From assembly GCA_012729555.1 (NCBI GenBank), contig JAAYCX010000020.1, positions 14,908 to 78,907 of the forward strand: DNA of 64,000 nt, given 5' to 3'. A program made the position numbers and the translations under genes. This document shows, one piece after another, positions 45,860-55,639 of the stretch (position 1 is its first letter; each line of letters starts with the position of its first letter). Source of the stretch: Acidobacteriota bacterium. Its GTDB lineage: Bacteria; Acidobacteriota; UBA6911. The notes under the pieces are model-generated. The model had not been told where the DNA came from. It saw nothing but the letters and a program-made list of their open reading frames with translations, and did not search any database.

Positions 45860-47128
45860 TCACGCACCCGCGGGCGCAGCCCCGAAGTCCGCGCCGGCCC
45901 CGCTGCCGAGGGCGGTCAGGGCGAGGGAGGGGGGATCGAACACGCGGCCGGCCAGGGCGCGGATCTCCCGCGCCGTGACCCGGTCGACCGCTTTCAGGAT
46001 CTCCTCCGGTTCCTGGCACTTCCCGTGATACATCATCTGCTGGGCCAGGTGCGTCATCCGGTTGCCGGAACTCTCCAGCCCCAGCATGATCGAACCCTTC
46101 AGGCACTCCCGGGCGCGCTCGAGCTCCCCGTGCGCCACCGGCCGCTCCCTCAGCCGGCGCAGCTCCCGGAGCGTCAGCTCCACCACCTCCGCCGCCCGGG
46201 CGGGGGCGCACCCGGCGTAGACCACGAGCGAGCCGGTGTCCCGGTAGAGGTTCAGCATCGAGTAAATGGAATAGACCAGCCCCCGCTTTTCGCGGATGTT
46301 CTGGAACAGGCGGGAGCTCATCCCCCCCCCGAGGACGCTCGAGAGGAGGTAGGCGGCGTACCGCTCCCCGGAAACGACGGGGGGGGACACCGTCCCCAGG
46401 CAGAGGTGCGTCTGCTCCAGGTGCCGCTTGCGGCGCACCCTCCGCCCCGGGCAGGCTTCGGGGGGCGCCCCCGCGTCGGCCGCGGCGCCCGGGGCCAGGG
46501 CGGAGAAATGGCGCTCCGCCAGGGCCTGGACCTCCCGGTGGTTGACGTTCCCCGCGACCGCGACGAGGATGTTGCCGGCCGTGTAGTGCTCCCGGAAGAA
46601 CCTGCGGACGTCGGCGCGCGAGATCGCCGCCACCGTTTCCTTGGTGCCCGATATGGGCCGGCCGAGGGGGTGCCCCTTCCAGAAATGCTCCAGGTGCATG
46701 TCGAGGACCAGCTCCTGGGGGGAGTCCTCGACCATGTTGATCTCCTCGAAGATCACGTTGCGCTCCCGCTCGATCTCCCGCGCGGGGAAGGTCGGGTGGA
46801 GGACGATGTCGGACAGGAGGTCGAACGCCAGCGGCAGGTGCCTGTCCATCACCCGGGCGTAGTAGCCGACGTACTCCTTTTCGGTGAAGGCGTTGAGCTC
46901 GCCCCCCACCGAATCGATCGCGGCGGCGATGGCGGCGGCCGAGCGGGTGCGCGTCCCCTTGAAAAGGAGATGCTCGATGAAATGGGAGATCCCCGCGTGA
47001 TGGGCCCTTTCGGCCCGGGAGCCGCACCGGACCCAGACCCCCAGCGACACCGAGCGGAGCTGGGGCATGGCCTCGGAAACCACGACGAGACCGTTGGGGA
47101 GCACCTTTTTCCGGACGTCCATCCGCAT
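45860..47128 (-). CDS. M16-family zinc peptidase (pitrilysin-like)
   Basis: Inverted zincin motif HFIEHLLFKGT; start assigned to ATG 47128 (MRMDVRKKVLPNGLVVV); the in-frame upstream extension to 48079 is rejected. Confidence 0.8.
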   Translation of the reverse strand: MRMDVRKKVLPNGLVVVSEAMPQLRSVSLGVWVRCGSRAERAHHAGISHFIEHLLFKGTRTRSAAAIAAAIDSVGGELNAFTEKEYVGYYARVMDRHLPLAFDLLSDIVLHPTFPAREIERERNVIFEEINMVEDSPQELVLDMHLEHFWKGHPLGRPISGTKETVAAISRADVRRFFREHYTAGNILVAVAGNVNHREVQALAERHFSALAPGAAADAGAPPEACPGRRVRRKRHLEQTHLCLGTVSPPVVSGERYAAYLLSSVLGGGMSSRLFQNIREKRGLVYSIYSMLNLYRDTGSLVVYAGCAPARAAEVVELTLRELRRLRERPVAHGELERARECLKGSIMLGLESSGNRMTHLAQQMMYHGKCQEPEEILKAVDRVTAREIRALAGRVFDPPSLALTALGSGAGADFGAAPAGA

Positions 47129-47227
47129 GACCGTATTACTTACCACAACGGCGGAGCGGCGGCCAGCCTCAAACGGCGCCCCGGCACTCGAAGAGGGGGC
47201 GCCAAACATGGTATTTTGGAAACGGAT

Positions 47228-48286
47228 ATGAAAACCAGGAACGTGGTGGGGATGGACCTCGGGGAGATGGAGGCGGTGGCGGCGGGCCTGGGGGAGCCGC
47301 GCTACCGGGCGCGGCAGATCTACGCCGGGGTCTACCGCCGCCTGCGGCGCTCGTGGGACGCCTTCCCCGACCTGCCGAAAACGCTGCGCGCGCGCCTCGC
47401 GGCGGAATGTTCCATCGCCTGGCCGCCGCTCGCGGAGACGGCCGCTAGCCGGGACGGCACGCGCCGCTACCTGTTCGAGGTCTCCCCGGGGGCCTGCGTC
47501 GAGTCGGTCTTCATCCCCGAGGAGAAGCGGGACACCCTCTGCATCTCGACCCAGGTGGGGTGCGCCCTCGGCTGCCTCTTCTGCGTCACCGGCCGCCGGC
47601 CGCTCCTGCGCAACCTTACCCCGGGGGAGATCGCCGGCCAGGTGCTCACCCTCGCGGCCGACCGCGGCACGGCCTCCCGGCGCCTCAACATCGTGATCAT
47701 GGGAATGGGGGAACCGCTCCTCAACTACGACAACGTCATGGCCGCCGTGCGGCTGATGACCGACCCGGAGGGGATGGCCGTCTCCCCGCGCCGCGTCACC
47801 CTCTCCACGGCGGGCGTGGTCCCGGGGATCGAGCGGCTCGCCCGGGAACCGGTCCGGCCCAACCTGGCCGTCTCCCTGAACGCGGCGACCGACGAGGTCC
47901 GGGACTGGCTCATGCCCATCAACCGGACCTGGAACATCGCCGCGCTCCTGGACGCCTGCCGCCGTTTCCCCCTGGCCGAGCGGCGCCGGATCACCTTCGA
48001 ATACGTGCTCGTGGGCGGGGTGAACGACTCCCCCGCCGACGCCCGGGCGCTCGCGCGCCTGCTCCGCGGGCTGCGCCACAAGGTCAACCTGATCCCGCTC
48101 AACCCCGACCCGTCGATCGGGCTCGCCCCGCCCGCCGGGGAGCGGGTGCTGGAATTTCAGCAGGTCCTCTCCGCCGCCCGCGTCACCGCGAGCGTGCGCC
48201 GCGCCCGGGGGGAGGACATCGCCGCCGCCTGCGGCATGCTGGCGGGAAAGGCGCGCGGGCAGGCGGGGGTCACCCCAGGGCGATGA
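47228..48286 (+). CDS. rlmN: 23S rRNA (adenine2503-C2)-methyltransferase, radical SAM
   Basis: Radical SAM CxxxCxxC (CALGCLFC), plus typical RlmN N-terminal and C-terminal motifs (MGMGEPL, conserved catalytic Cys region). Confidence 0.9.
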   Translation: MKTRNVVGMDLGEMEAVAAGLGEPRYRARQIYAGVYRRLRRSWDAFPDLPKTLRARLAAECSIAWPPLAETAASRDGTRRYLFEVSPGACVESVFIPEEKRDTLCISTQVGCALGCLFCVTGRRPLLRNLTPGEIAGQVLTLAADRGTASRRLNIVIMGMGEPLLNYDNVMAAVRLMTDPEGMAVSPRRVTLSTAGVVPGIERLAREPVRPNLAVSLNAATDEVRDWLMPINRTWNIAALLDACRRFPLAERRRITFEYVLVGGVNDSPADARALARLLRGLRHKVNLIPLNPDPSIGLAPPAGERVLEFQQVLSAARVTASVRRARGEDIAAACGMLAGKARGQAGVTPGR

Positions 48287-48965
48287 CGGACATCATGCGC
48301 CCGGCGGCCGCCCCCTCCCGGCGGTAGGAGAAGAACTCCCGGGGGCGGCACGCCGTGCAGAGGCCCGAGTCGTACCGGCGCGCCCGCGCCACCCCGGCCT
48401 CCTCCATCTGCGCGTCGAGCACCCGGGGGAGGTCGAGGAGGAACTTTCCCGGCCGGCCGGGCGCGGGGCGCGCCGCCCCGGGGCAGCCCGCGGCGAAGGC
48501 GGCCGCCACCTCGGGCCCGACCTCGAAGCAGCAGGCGCGGATCCCGGGGCCGACGGCGACATGGAGGTCCCCCGGCCGGCTGCCGAATTCCCGGACCAGC
48601 GCGCGGAAGGTCTCGGCGAGGACGCCCGCGAGGGTGCCCCGCCAGCCGGAGTGGACCGCGGCCACGGCGCCCGCGACCGGGTCGGCGACCAGGACGGGGA
48701 AGCAGTCGGCCGTTCTCACCCCCAGCGCGGCGCCGGGGAAGGCGGCGGCCAGGGCGTCCCCCTCGGGGGGGTCCCACGCGCCGGGCGGTTCCCGCACGAC
48801 GCACACCCGGCTCGAGTGCACCTGGCGCAGGGTCAGCAGAGGGGAAGCGGCCGCGCCGGCGCGGGTGAAAAAGGCGTGGCGCACCCCCGGGACTCTTTCA
48901 AACTCCCGGCAGCTGTAATAAGGTATTCCCCGGGCGTACCGGAGGAGGAAAGCGTCGTGGGGCAT
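48270..48965 (-). CDS. pgeF: peptidoglycan editing factor PgeF (YfiH/DUF152 laccase-domain protein)
   Basis: Conserved Cys/His motifs (TADCFPV, HSGWRG, CTAC); its 3' end overlaps convergent rlmN by 17 nt. Confidence 0.75.
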   Translation of the reverse strand: MPHDAFLLRYARGIPYYSCREFERVPGVRHAFFTRAGAAASPLLTLRQVHSSRVCVVREPPGAWDPPEGDALAAAFPGAALGVRTADCFPVLVADPVAGAVAAVHSGWRGTLAGVLAETFRALVREFGSRPGDLHVAVGPGIRACCFEVGPEVAAAFAAGCPGAARPAPGRPGKFLLDLPRVLDAQMEEAGVARARRYDSGLCTACRPREFFSYRREGAAAGRMMSVIALG

Positions 48966-49023
48966 CGCCTGAAATAGTGGGGCGGCGCGCCGCCCGCTGT
49001 CAACCCGCTTCTCGGAGCCGAGC

Positions 49024-49404
49024 ATGATCGTGGGGACCGGAATCGATATCGTCGACATCCCCCGCCTGCGCAGGATCCTCGGGCGGCCGGGGGAGCGTTT
49101 CACCGCGCGGGTGTTCACCCCCTCCGAGCGGGAGTACTGCCTCGGCCACCGCGACCCGGTCCCCCATTTCGCCGCGCGCTTCGCCGCCAAGGAGGCGCTC
49201 ATGAAGGCGCTGGGGACCGGCTGGGGGAAAGGGGTCTCCTGGCGGGACGCCGAGGTGGTGCGCCGCCGGCCCGCCGCCCCCCTCCTGCTCCTTCACGGCG
49301 AGGCCGCGGCGATCGCCGCCTCCCTGGGGGCCTCGGCCGTCCACCTCAGCCTCACCCACGCGGACGGCTGGGCGGCCGCCACGGTGATCCTGGAAAAACG
49401 CTGA
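49024..49404 (+). CDS. acpS: holo-[acyl-carrier-protein] synthase
   Basis: GIDIVDIPR and FAAKEALMKA motifs. Confidence 0.85.
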   Translation: MIVGTGIDIVDIPRLRRILGRPGERFTARVFTPSEREYCLGHRDPVPHFAARFAAKEALMKALGTGWGKGVSWRDAEVVRRRPAAPLLLLHGEAAAIAASLGASAVHLSLTHADGWAAATVILEKR

Positions 49405-49420
49405 CCGCGGGGAGACGACC

Positions 49421-51241
49421 ATGAAGCCGCTGGAACTGCTCGCCCCCGCCGGGACCCCCGAGATCGGCATCGCCGCCATCGACCACGGCGCCGACGCCGT
49501 CTATATCGGCGCCCCGCGCTTCGGCGCCCGCGCCGCGGCCGGGGCCGACCTCGCGGGGATCGAGCGCCTGGTGCGGCACGCCCATTTCTTCCGCGCCCGG
49601 GTCTACGTGGCGCTCAACACCATCCTCACCGACGGGGAACTCCCCGAAGCCCTGGGGCTCTGCCGGGAGATCCACGCGCTCGGGGCGGACGGGCTGATCC
49701 TCCAGGACGTCGGCCTGCTCGAGCTCGACCTCCCCCCCATCCCCCTGATCGCCAGCACCCAGATGCACAACCACACGCCGGAGCGGATCGCGTTTCTCGA
49801 GAAGGTCGGGTTCCGCCGCGTCATCCTGGCGCGCGAGCTGGCGCTCGAGGAGATCGCGGCCATCCGCCGCGCCACGGGCGTCGAGCTCGAGTCCTTCGTC
49901 CACGGCGCCCTCTGCGTCAGTTACAGCGGCCGGTGCTACATGAGCCAGGCGGTGGCCGCCCGCAGCGGCAACCGCGGGGTCTGCGCCCAGCCCTGCCGCG
50001 GCCGCTACACCCTGCTCGACGGCCGCGGGCGCGTGATCGAGTCCGACCGCCACCTCCTCTCCCTCAGGGACCTCTGCCTGATCGAGGACCTCCCCGCCCT
50101 GGTCGGGGCGGGGGTCGCCTCCTTCAAGATCGAGGGGCGCTACAAGGAGATCGAGTACGTCAAGAACGTCACCGCCGCCTACAGCCGCGCGCTCGACGCC
50201 TTCATCGCCCGCACGGAGGGCTACCGCCGCGCCTCCTCCGGCCGGTGCGACCTCCGCTTCACCCCCGACCCGCGGAAAACGTTCAACCGCGGCTACACCC
50301 GCTTTTTCCTCCATGGCGGCGGGCCGAAGGTCGCCTCGCTCGACACGCAGAAATCGATCGGGGAGCCGGTCGGCGCCGTCACGCGCCTGGGCGACGGCTG
50401 GTTCGAGACCGACGGGGCGCGCCTGCAGAACGGGGACGGCCTCTGCTTTTTCACCCGCGCCCGCACCCTCGCCGGCTTCCGGGTGGAGCGGGTGGAGGGG
50501 GAGCGCGTCTACCCCTCCGCCATGGAGGGGGTGCGCCCGGGCGCCCGCCTCTTCCGCAACCTCGACATCGCCTTCAACCGGCTCCTCAGGAAGAGCTCCG
50601 GGCGGCGCCGGATCGGGGTGGAGATGGATTTCGCGCATGACGGCGACGCCGTCCGCCTCGCCGTCCGGGACGAGGACGGGCACGAGGCCGCGGCGGAGGC
50701 CCCCCTCCCCTTCGAACCCCCGCTCGACCCGGAGAAATCGCTCGAGCAGGTGCGGACGCGGCTCGCGGCCACCGGCAACACCCCCTTCGTCGCCACGGAG
50801 ATCCGCGTCCCCGGCCCGGTCGGCTTCTACCCCCTGAGCTTCCTCAACCGGCTCAAGCGCGACGCGCTCGAGGCGCTCGGGCGGGTCCGGGCCGAAACGT
50901 ACCCCCGCGCGGAGGCGCCGCTCGTCCCCAACGACGCCCCCTTCCCCGAGCCGCGCCTCGACTACCACTCGAACGTCCTCAACCGCCACGCGCGCCGCTT
51001 CTACGAGCGCCACGGCGCCGAGGTGGTCGAGGGCGCTTTCGAGACGCTGGCCGACCCGGTGGGGCGGGCGGTGATGACGTCGCGCTACTGCCTCCGCCGC
51101 GAGCTCGACGCCTGCCCCCGCTGCGGCGGCGCGCGCCTCCTCGATGAGCCGCTCCGGATCAGGGACAGCGGCCACACCTACCTTCTGCGCTTCGACTGCG
51201 ACGCCTGCCGGATGTCGGTCATCCTGGAAAGCAAAAAATAG
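49421..51241 (+). CDS. U32-family peptidase (collagenase-like; RlhA/YhbU-type)
   Basis: U32 motifs (ELLAPAG, IESFVHGALCVSYSGRCYMS) plus a C-terminal extension. Confidence 0.8.
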   Translation: MKPLELLAPAGTPEIGIAAIDHGADAVYIGAPRFGARAAAGADLAGIERLVRHAHFFRARVYVALNTILTDGELPEALGLCREIHALGADGLILQDVGLLELDLPPIPLIASTQMHNHTPERIAFLEKVGFRRVILARELALEEIAAIRRATGVELESFVHGALCVSYSGRCYMSQAVAARSGNRGVCAQPCRGRYTLLDGRGRVIESDRHLLSLRDLCLIEDLPALVGAGVASFKIEGRYKEIEYVKNVTAAYSRALDAFIARTEGYRRASSGRCDLRFTPDPRKTFNRGYTRFFLHGGGPKVASLDTQKSIGEPVGAVTRLGDGWFETDGARLQNGDGLCFFTRARTLAGFRVERVEGERVYPSAMEGVRPGARLFRNLDIAFNRLLRKSSGRRRIGVEMDFAHDGDAVRLAVRDEDGHEAAAEAPLPFEPPLDPEKSLEQVRTRLAATGNTPFVATEIRVPGPVGFYPLSFLNRLKRDALEALGRVRAETYPRAEAPLVPNDAPFPEPRLDYHSNVLNRHARRFYERHGAEVVEGAFETLADPVGRAVMTSRYCLRRELDACPRCGGARLLDEPLRIRDSGHTYLLRFDCDACRMSVILESKK

Positions 51242-51268
51242 AGGGCATCCGCATTCCGACGCCGGGAA

Positions 51269-52810
51269 TCAGGGAGTCTTCTTCTGCGCCTTCGCCGCCT
51301 CCATCATGCGGGTGAGCGGCCCGATATCGAAGCGGGTGCGGCTGTGCATCCCGCCGTCCCTCATGTCGACCTCCACCGTCATCTTCCCCGACAGCGGGGG
51401 GAGCGCCCCGGCGCCGGCACCCGGGGGCGCCAGCGTCCGGATCCCGGCGAAAAGCGCGCCGAGGTCGATCTCCATCAGGGAGGTGGGGCCCGCGGCGGGC
51501 ACGGGCGCCAAGGCGGCCGTGCGCGCCGCCAGGTCGGCGATCCCGGCGTCGCTCGAGGCGAAGAGGAGGAGGTCGCCCGAGGCCGCCATCCTCATCTCGA
51601 GAGGGACCTTTTCGAGCGGGTTGTCCCCCGCCCCGGTCCCGGGGAGCGCCCCGGGGTTCATCCGCAGCCCCACGACCCGCAGCCCGGCCACGGTGCTATC
51701 GGCCGTCCGCTCGTAAAGCGCTCCCGCCGGCGCCTGATCCTCTGCCGCGGCCAGCGCCGCCACCCGCCCGGCGTAGCGGTCCAGGAAGGGGAGATAGGTT
51801 TTGTCGATATACGCGTCGCCGTCGACCCCCGGGCGCAGGACGTAGATCCCCCTCATCGCGATCCCCTCCCGGTCGATCCGCATCCCGCCGGACATTTCGC
51901 CGGTGAACGCTTCGGCCAGCGCCGAGAGTTCCCCCGGATCGAAGCCGAGCCGGCGGTAGAGGCGCCCGTAAACCAGCTCGGCCAGTTCCATCATCCCCGA
52001 CATCTCCGGGGCGCGCGAGCGGAAGCGCAGCGGCATGTCGGCGGCCACCTCGCCCAACCGCATCTCCCCGCCGGGGTCGACGAAGAGGCGCCCGAGCGCC
52101 GTGTCCCGGCCCGCCTCGACGTCCAGGACCAGCGACAGGGCCTCCCCCTCCACCTCCATCCCCAGGCGCAGCGTCTCCGCCTGCCCGAGGAGGCCCAGCA
52201 TGTCGCCCATCATGGCCCGGATCTCCTCGGGGGGGATCGCGGCGGCCCCGGGCGCCCGAGGAGCCGGCTCCGCTTCCCCGATCTTCGCGAGCGCCGCGTC
52301 GAGCTGGGGCTTCATCCGGGCCGCCATGAGGGCGGCGGGAATCTCGAGCACCAGGTTGGCCGGCGGCCGGACGGCCGAGGCCCGCACGAGCGCCTGCTCG
52401 AGGGCCGGGTCCACGGCCTGGGGCGCCCCCGGCCTGGGCGGGAAGGAGAGAAGGTAGTACCCTTCCCGCGCGGCGGCGCCGAAGGCCGCCTGGAACTGCG
52501 GGTTGGGGGCGGCGTACGGGACCAGCGCCACCAGCGCGGGGCTCGGCCCCCCTTCGAGCACCCCGGCCACCACCGGGCGCGCGGGGTCGAGCCACCCGGT
52601 CCCCCCGACGAGGGCGCGCAGCATCCCCACCTGGGCCCGGACGGGCGAATCGGCCGGGGTCAGGGCCTCCACGTCCCGGATCAGCCGCTCCACGTCCCCG
52701 ATTTTGACGAGGAGCGGGGGCTCCGCGGCCCCGGCCGCGGGGAGGAAGACTCCTGCGGCCAGGGTGAAAAGCAGGCAAAGGACGGCGCACCGGCATCTCT
52801 GGTCAGGCAT
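51269..52810 (-). CDS. hypothetical exported Ala/Gly/Pro-rich protein
   Basis: Signal peptide AVLCLLFTLAAGVFLPAAGAA; no recognisable domain; AT-rich promoter region at 52811-52910. Confidence 0.5.
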   Translation of the reverse strand: MPDQRCRCAVLCLLFTLAAGVFLPAAGAAEPPLLVKIGDVERLIRDVEALTPADSPVRAQVGMLRALVGGTGWLDPARPVVAGVLEGGPSPALVALVPYAAPNPQFQAAFGAAAREGYYLLSFPPRPGAPQAVDPALEQALVRASAVRPPANLVLEIPAALMAARMKPQLDAALAKIGEAEPAPRAPGAAAIPPEEIRAMMGDMLGLLGQAETLRLGMEVEGEALSLVLDVEAGRDTALGRLFVDPGGEMRLGEVAADMPLRFRSRAPEMSGMMELAELVYGRLYRRLGFDPGELSALAEAFTGEMSGGMRIDREGIAMRGIYVLRPGVDGDAYIDKTYLPFLDRYAGRVAALAAAEDQAPAGALYERTADSTVAGLRVVGLRMNPGALPGTGAGDNPLEKVPLEMRMAASGDLLLFASSDAGIADLAARTAALAPVPAAGPTSLMEIDLGALFAGIRTLAPPGAGAGALPPLSGKMTVEVDMRDGGMHSRTRFDIGPLTRMMEAAKAQKKTP

Positions 52811-52910
52811 GGCTCCTCCCGAAGGAATATGACAAGTCTTATATCATATTTCCATGATTCCAAAAACCGCGCGCTTAACAAGAGCCGTTGGGTTGAGCGG
52901 ACCTTTTGGC

Positions 52911-53813
52911 CTAAAATTTCGCGATTTCAATCTTACGCATTTGCATCATGTTGGCGAACGCGTGCGGTTTGTTCATCAGTTCTTCCATGTTCGCCGGGAC
53001 CACCTGCCAGCTGACACCGAATCTGTCTTTGCTCCAGCCGCACTGCTCCGCCCCCGGTACCGCCGAGAGTTTTTCCCAGAAGTAATCGATCTCGGCCTGA
53101 TCCTGACACGCGATCGACAGGGAAATCGCTTCGTTGAAGTTGAAGTCATGCTCGACCCCGCTGTCCATCGCCGCGAACCATTGGCCTGCCAACGTGAAGT
53201 CGGCGAACATCAGCGACCCTGACCTGGCCGGACCGGTATCGTCCGCATAACGGGCGAGCGTGCCCAACCTGGCGTCTTCGAATACGGACAGATAATGATG
53301 GATCGCTTCCTCTGCGCGGTTGTTGTTTTCGCCTGAGAACATCAGCGACGGTATGACGAAGGGACGCGGCTCGCCGGCGGGGTCGGTCAAAATCAGCTGC
53401 CACGTCAGCCCGTAGCGGTCCTTGACCCAGCCATAGCGTTTGCTGAAGGGATAGGCCCCCAACGGCATGAGGGCCTCGCCGCCGTCGATGAGTCTGTTCC
53501 ACAGCTCCTCGAGGTGCTCGCCCGCCCGCCCGTCACGCGACGGGTCGAAATTCAGCATGAACGAAATCGATGGGTTGAATGCAAACTCCGGCCCGGCGTT
53601 GATGGCCACAAACCGAAACCCCCCGACTTCGAAGTCGACGGTCAGCACCTTGCCGGCCAGCCCGAGCTGAAACGCCGCCAACCCCTCCTCGGCGCTTTTC
53701 GGGTAATAAATAGTGGAACCCACCTTGCCCTCCGGAAACGCCGACGCGTAAAAACCGGCCGCTTCCTGGGCATTGCCATCGAACCACAAATTCGGAGTGA
53801 TTTTCTGTTGCAT
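52911..53813 (-). CDS. tandem-domain VOC/PhnB-like (3-demethylubiquinone-9 3-methyltransferase-domain) protein
   Basis: Two PhnB-like halves (ITPNLWFDGNAQEAAGFY... and FTLAGQWFAAMDSG...); ATG 53813 preceded by AAGGAGG; lower GC. Confidence 0.6.
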   Translation of the reverse strand: MQQKITPNLWFDGNAQEAAGFYASAFPEGKVGSTIYYPKSAEEGLAAFQLGLAGKVLTVDFEVGGFRFVAINAGPEFAFNPSISFMLNFDPSRDGRAGEHLEELWNRLIDGGEALMPLGAYPFSKRYGWVKDRYGLTWQLILTDPAGEPRPFVIPSLMFSGENNNRAEEAIHHYLSVFEDARLGTLARYADDTGPARSGSLMFADFTLAGQWFAAMDSGVEHDFNFNEAISLSIACQDQAEIDYFWEKLSAVPGAEQCGWSKDRFGVSWQVVPANMEELMNKPHAFANMMQMRKIEIAKF

Positions 53814-53870
53814 GACGCCCTCCTCCTTCATGCTCCTGTCACTCCATGATACCAGATGCGGGATCAGCTC

Positions 53871-53899
53871 TTTGCCCTGGTCCGTCCCCGTTTTTTTAT
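53871..53899. repeat. copy A of 28/29-nt repeat TTTGCCCTGGTCCGTCCCCGTTTTTT(T)AT
   Basis: Identical core to copy B at 55612..55639; overlaps the hipA stop codon (53896-53898). Confidence 0.65.
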
Positions 53900-55149
53900 C
53901 CTGATGCGGCCTTCAGATCTTCATGTTCGAACGCGGACGACATGCGGTCGATCTCAGCCGGTGTAAGGCCGAGCTTCCTCGCCTCCCGACGCCATGAGGA
54001 AACCGCCCGCCCCACCTGCTTCGCGATCGCATGGGCTTCGTCCTCGCATAGTTCGAAATAGCCGGAGACCTGGAGCGCCAGCTTCAGTGACGCGGTGCCG
54101 TCGTAGAGATCGATAGCGGTGGTCAGAATGCGCCGTTTAATGTCGGTGGGCACGGGATTGAGGTCGTATGCCGGCGACAGCCGCCAACCGGAGGAACCGG
54201 CCCATAGAAAGCCGTGGTTGCGCAGATGGTCGTCCGTATTCGAAATCAGGACGTTGAACACAATCCTCCGCCAGAGCGCGTGCATGTCTTCCTTCGGTTC
54301 CGCGCCATGCTGACGGAGAACATCGACGAATTCCAGGTAACTCCGCGCCTCGTTGTCTTTGGCGTCGAGCATGCTCATCGCGGATAAAAACGGCAGGCGC
54401 GTTTCCTGCTCCCGGTCGAAACGGCGCAGTAAAAGAACGGGCCTGTCGGCCACGGTTTCAAGACGCCAGGTCGGAACCGGGATGCCTGCCTTCGCGGCCA
54501 GCGTCAGGGCCACAGCCTCCCACAGGACCGTATTCACCTCGTCTCCCTTGTCCGGAAACTTGGCAATGGCGAGATGGCCGTCGCGGTCCCGGACCGAGGC
54601 TTTGGGCCGGGCGCCGCCGAGCGATGAGCCGGGCGCGAGGAGCAGCCGCAAATCCTCATCACTGTCCGTGTCGCTCGAAACATGCTCCGCCGCGGATAGA
54701 AGTCGCGGCAGCTCCCATAGTGGCGGAATCCTCCTCTGTCCCTGCCCGGCCAGAAACGGCCCCCCTTCCCGGTCGGCGAAACGCAATGCTCCCTGGCGCG
54801 CTTCATCGTCCACCATGAGGAGATAGTCGATTTCCCCGAGGGTGCGCGGCGTCTCTCCCTGAAGCTCGGCGCGCCTTCGCTCGGCGCGTCGCATCAGGAC
54901 GCGTCCCCATCGATCAGGGGCGGAGTCGCCGATGGATCCGAAAAGCGCTTTATCGGATGGTGTGTGAAACGGTCCCGGCCCGAGGGTCAGGGCAGGCTCG
55001 AGGGAAAAGCGATCGGAATGAGTGAGCCAGCTCTTGTCGTATTCAAAGGTGGCGCTCTCCCTGTCCTTGCGCATGCGCGCCCACAGGCGCCCCACCAGGT
55101 GAGGAATGCCTTGCAGGTCCACGAAGACCAGCACTTCTCTGTCCATCAA
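53896..55149 (-). CDS. hipA: HipA-family type II toxin (Ser/Thr kinase)
   Basis: HipA N-terminal domain and C-terminal catalytic motif ISNTDDHLRNHGFLW...SPAYDLNP. Confidence 0.85.
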   Translation of the reverse strand: MMDREVLVFVDLQGIPHLVGRLWARMRKDRESATFEYDKSWLTHSDRFSLEPALTLGPGPFHTPSDKALFGSIGDSAPDRWGRVLMRRAERRRAELQGETPRTLGEIDYLLMVDDEARQGALRFADREGGPFLAGQGQRRIPPLWELPRLLSAAEHVSSDTDSDEDLRLLLAPGSSLGGARPKASVRDRDGHLAIAKFPDKGDEVNTVLWEAVALTLAAKAGIPVPTWRLETVADRPVLLLRRFDREQETRLPFLSAMSMLDAKDNEARSYLEFVDVLRQHGAEPKEDMHALWRRIVFNVLISNTDDHLRNHGFLWAGSSGWRLSPAYDLNPVPTDIKRRILTTAIDLYDGTASLKLALQVSGYFELCEDEAHAIAKQVGRAVSSWRREARKLGLTPAEIDRMSSAFEHEDLKAASG

Positions 55150-55514
55150 CGGATACCCCCGTCTTTTGGCTTGCCGGGATTCCGCCGACGCGAAGGCCGG
55201 ATGCGCAGAGGGAGACGCTCCTCTTCAAGTTCCCGTCCGACGGCATCGTGCCGGGGGTCGGCGACATCGGCAAGCCGGTCGACCATTCCCAGGGCGAAAA
55301 GAACGGTGGCCCAGGTGCCCAGCGAGACGCCGGGATCCCCCTTCTCCACTTTGTTCAGGGTCGTGCGGCTGATGGACGCACGCTCCGCCATGACCGCGAC
55401 GGGGATGCGGCGCCGCCGCCGGGCGTCACGGACATCGTGCCCCAGCTTGCGGAGGGCACGCCTCACCGGTATCGGTGCCCCCGAAAATGATCGCCTGTCG
55501 CCTTTATCGTCCAT
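55146..55514 (-). CDS. hipB: HipB-like XRE-family HTH antitoxin
   Basis: HTH_XRE segment (MAERASISRTTLNKVEKGDPGVSLGTWATVLFALG); overlaps the hipA start by 4 nt. Confidence 0.75.
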   Translation of the reverse strand: MDDKGDRRSFSGAPIPVRRALRKLGHDVRDARRRRRIPVAVMAERASISRTTLNKVEKGDPGVSLGTWATVLFALGMVDRLADVADPRHDAVGRELEEERLPLRIRPSRRRNPGKPKDGGIR

Positions 55515-55515
55515 T

Positions 55516-55551
55516 ATAATAGTCCTTAATAAATAGAAGGTACACTATTAT
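55516..55551. promoter_or_regulatory. inverted repeat ATAATAGT-N20-ACTATTAT in hipBA leader (candidate HipB operator)
   Basis: Arms at 55516-55523 and 55544-55551, immediately upstream of the hipB start on the minus strand; a TTGACA-like box lies further upstream on that strand. Confidence 0.3.
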
Positions 55552-55611
55552 GGACGTTCTGTCAATGGAGGCGCGACCGCACCGGAAGAAGATCCTCTGT
55601 TTTTTCAGTTA

Positions 55612-55639
55612 TTTGCCCTGGTCCGTCCCCGTTTTTTAT
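55612..55639. repeat. copy B of the 28-nt repeat TTTGCCCTGGTCCGTCCCCGTTTTTTAT
   Basis: Overlaps the stop codon (55636-55638) of the cytochrome gene; identical core to copy A. Confidence 0.65.

Noticed and set aside
47129-48079. In-frame upstream extension of the M16 peptidase ORF (45860..48079)
   Set aside because: The extension is antisense to rlmN and featureless. The canonical M16 N-terminus starts at ATG 47128 (MRMDVRKKVLPNGLVVV).
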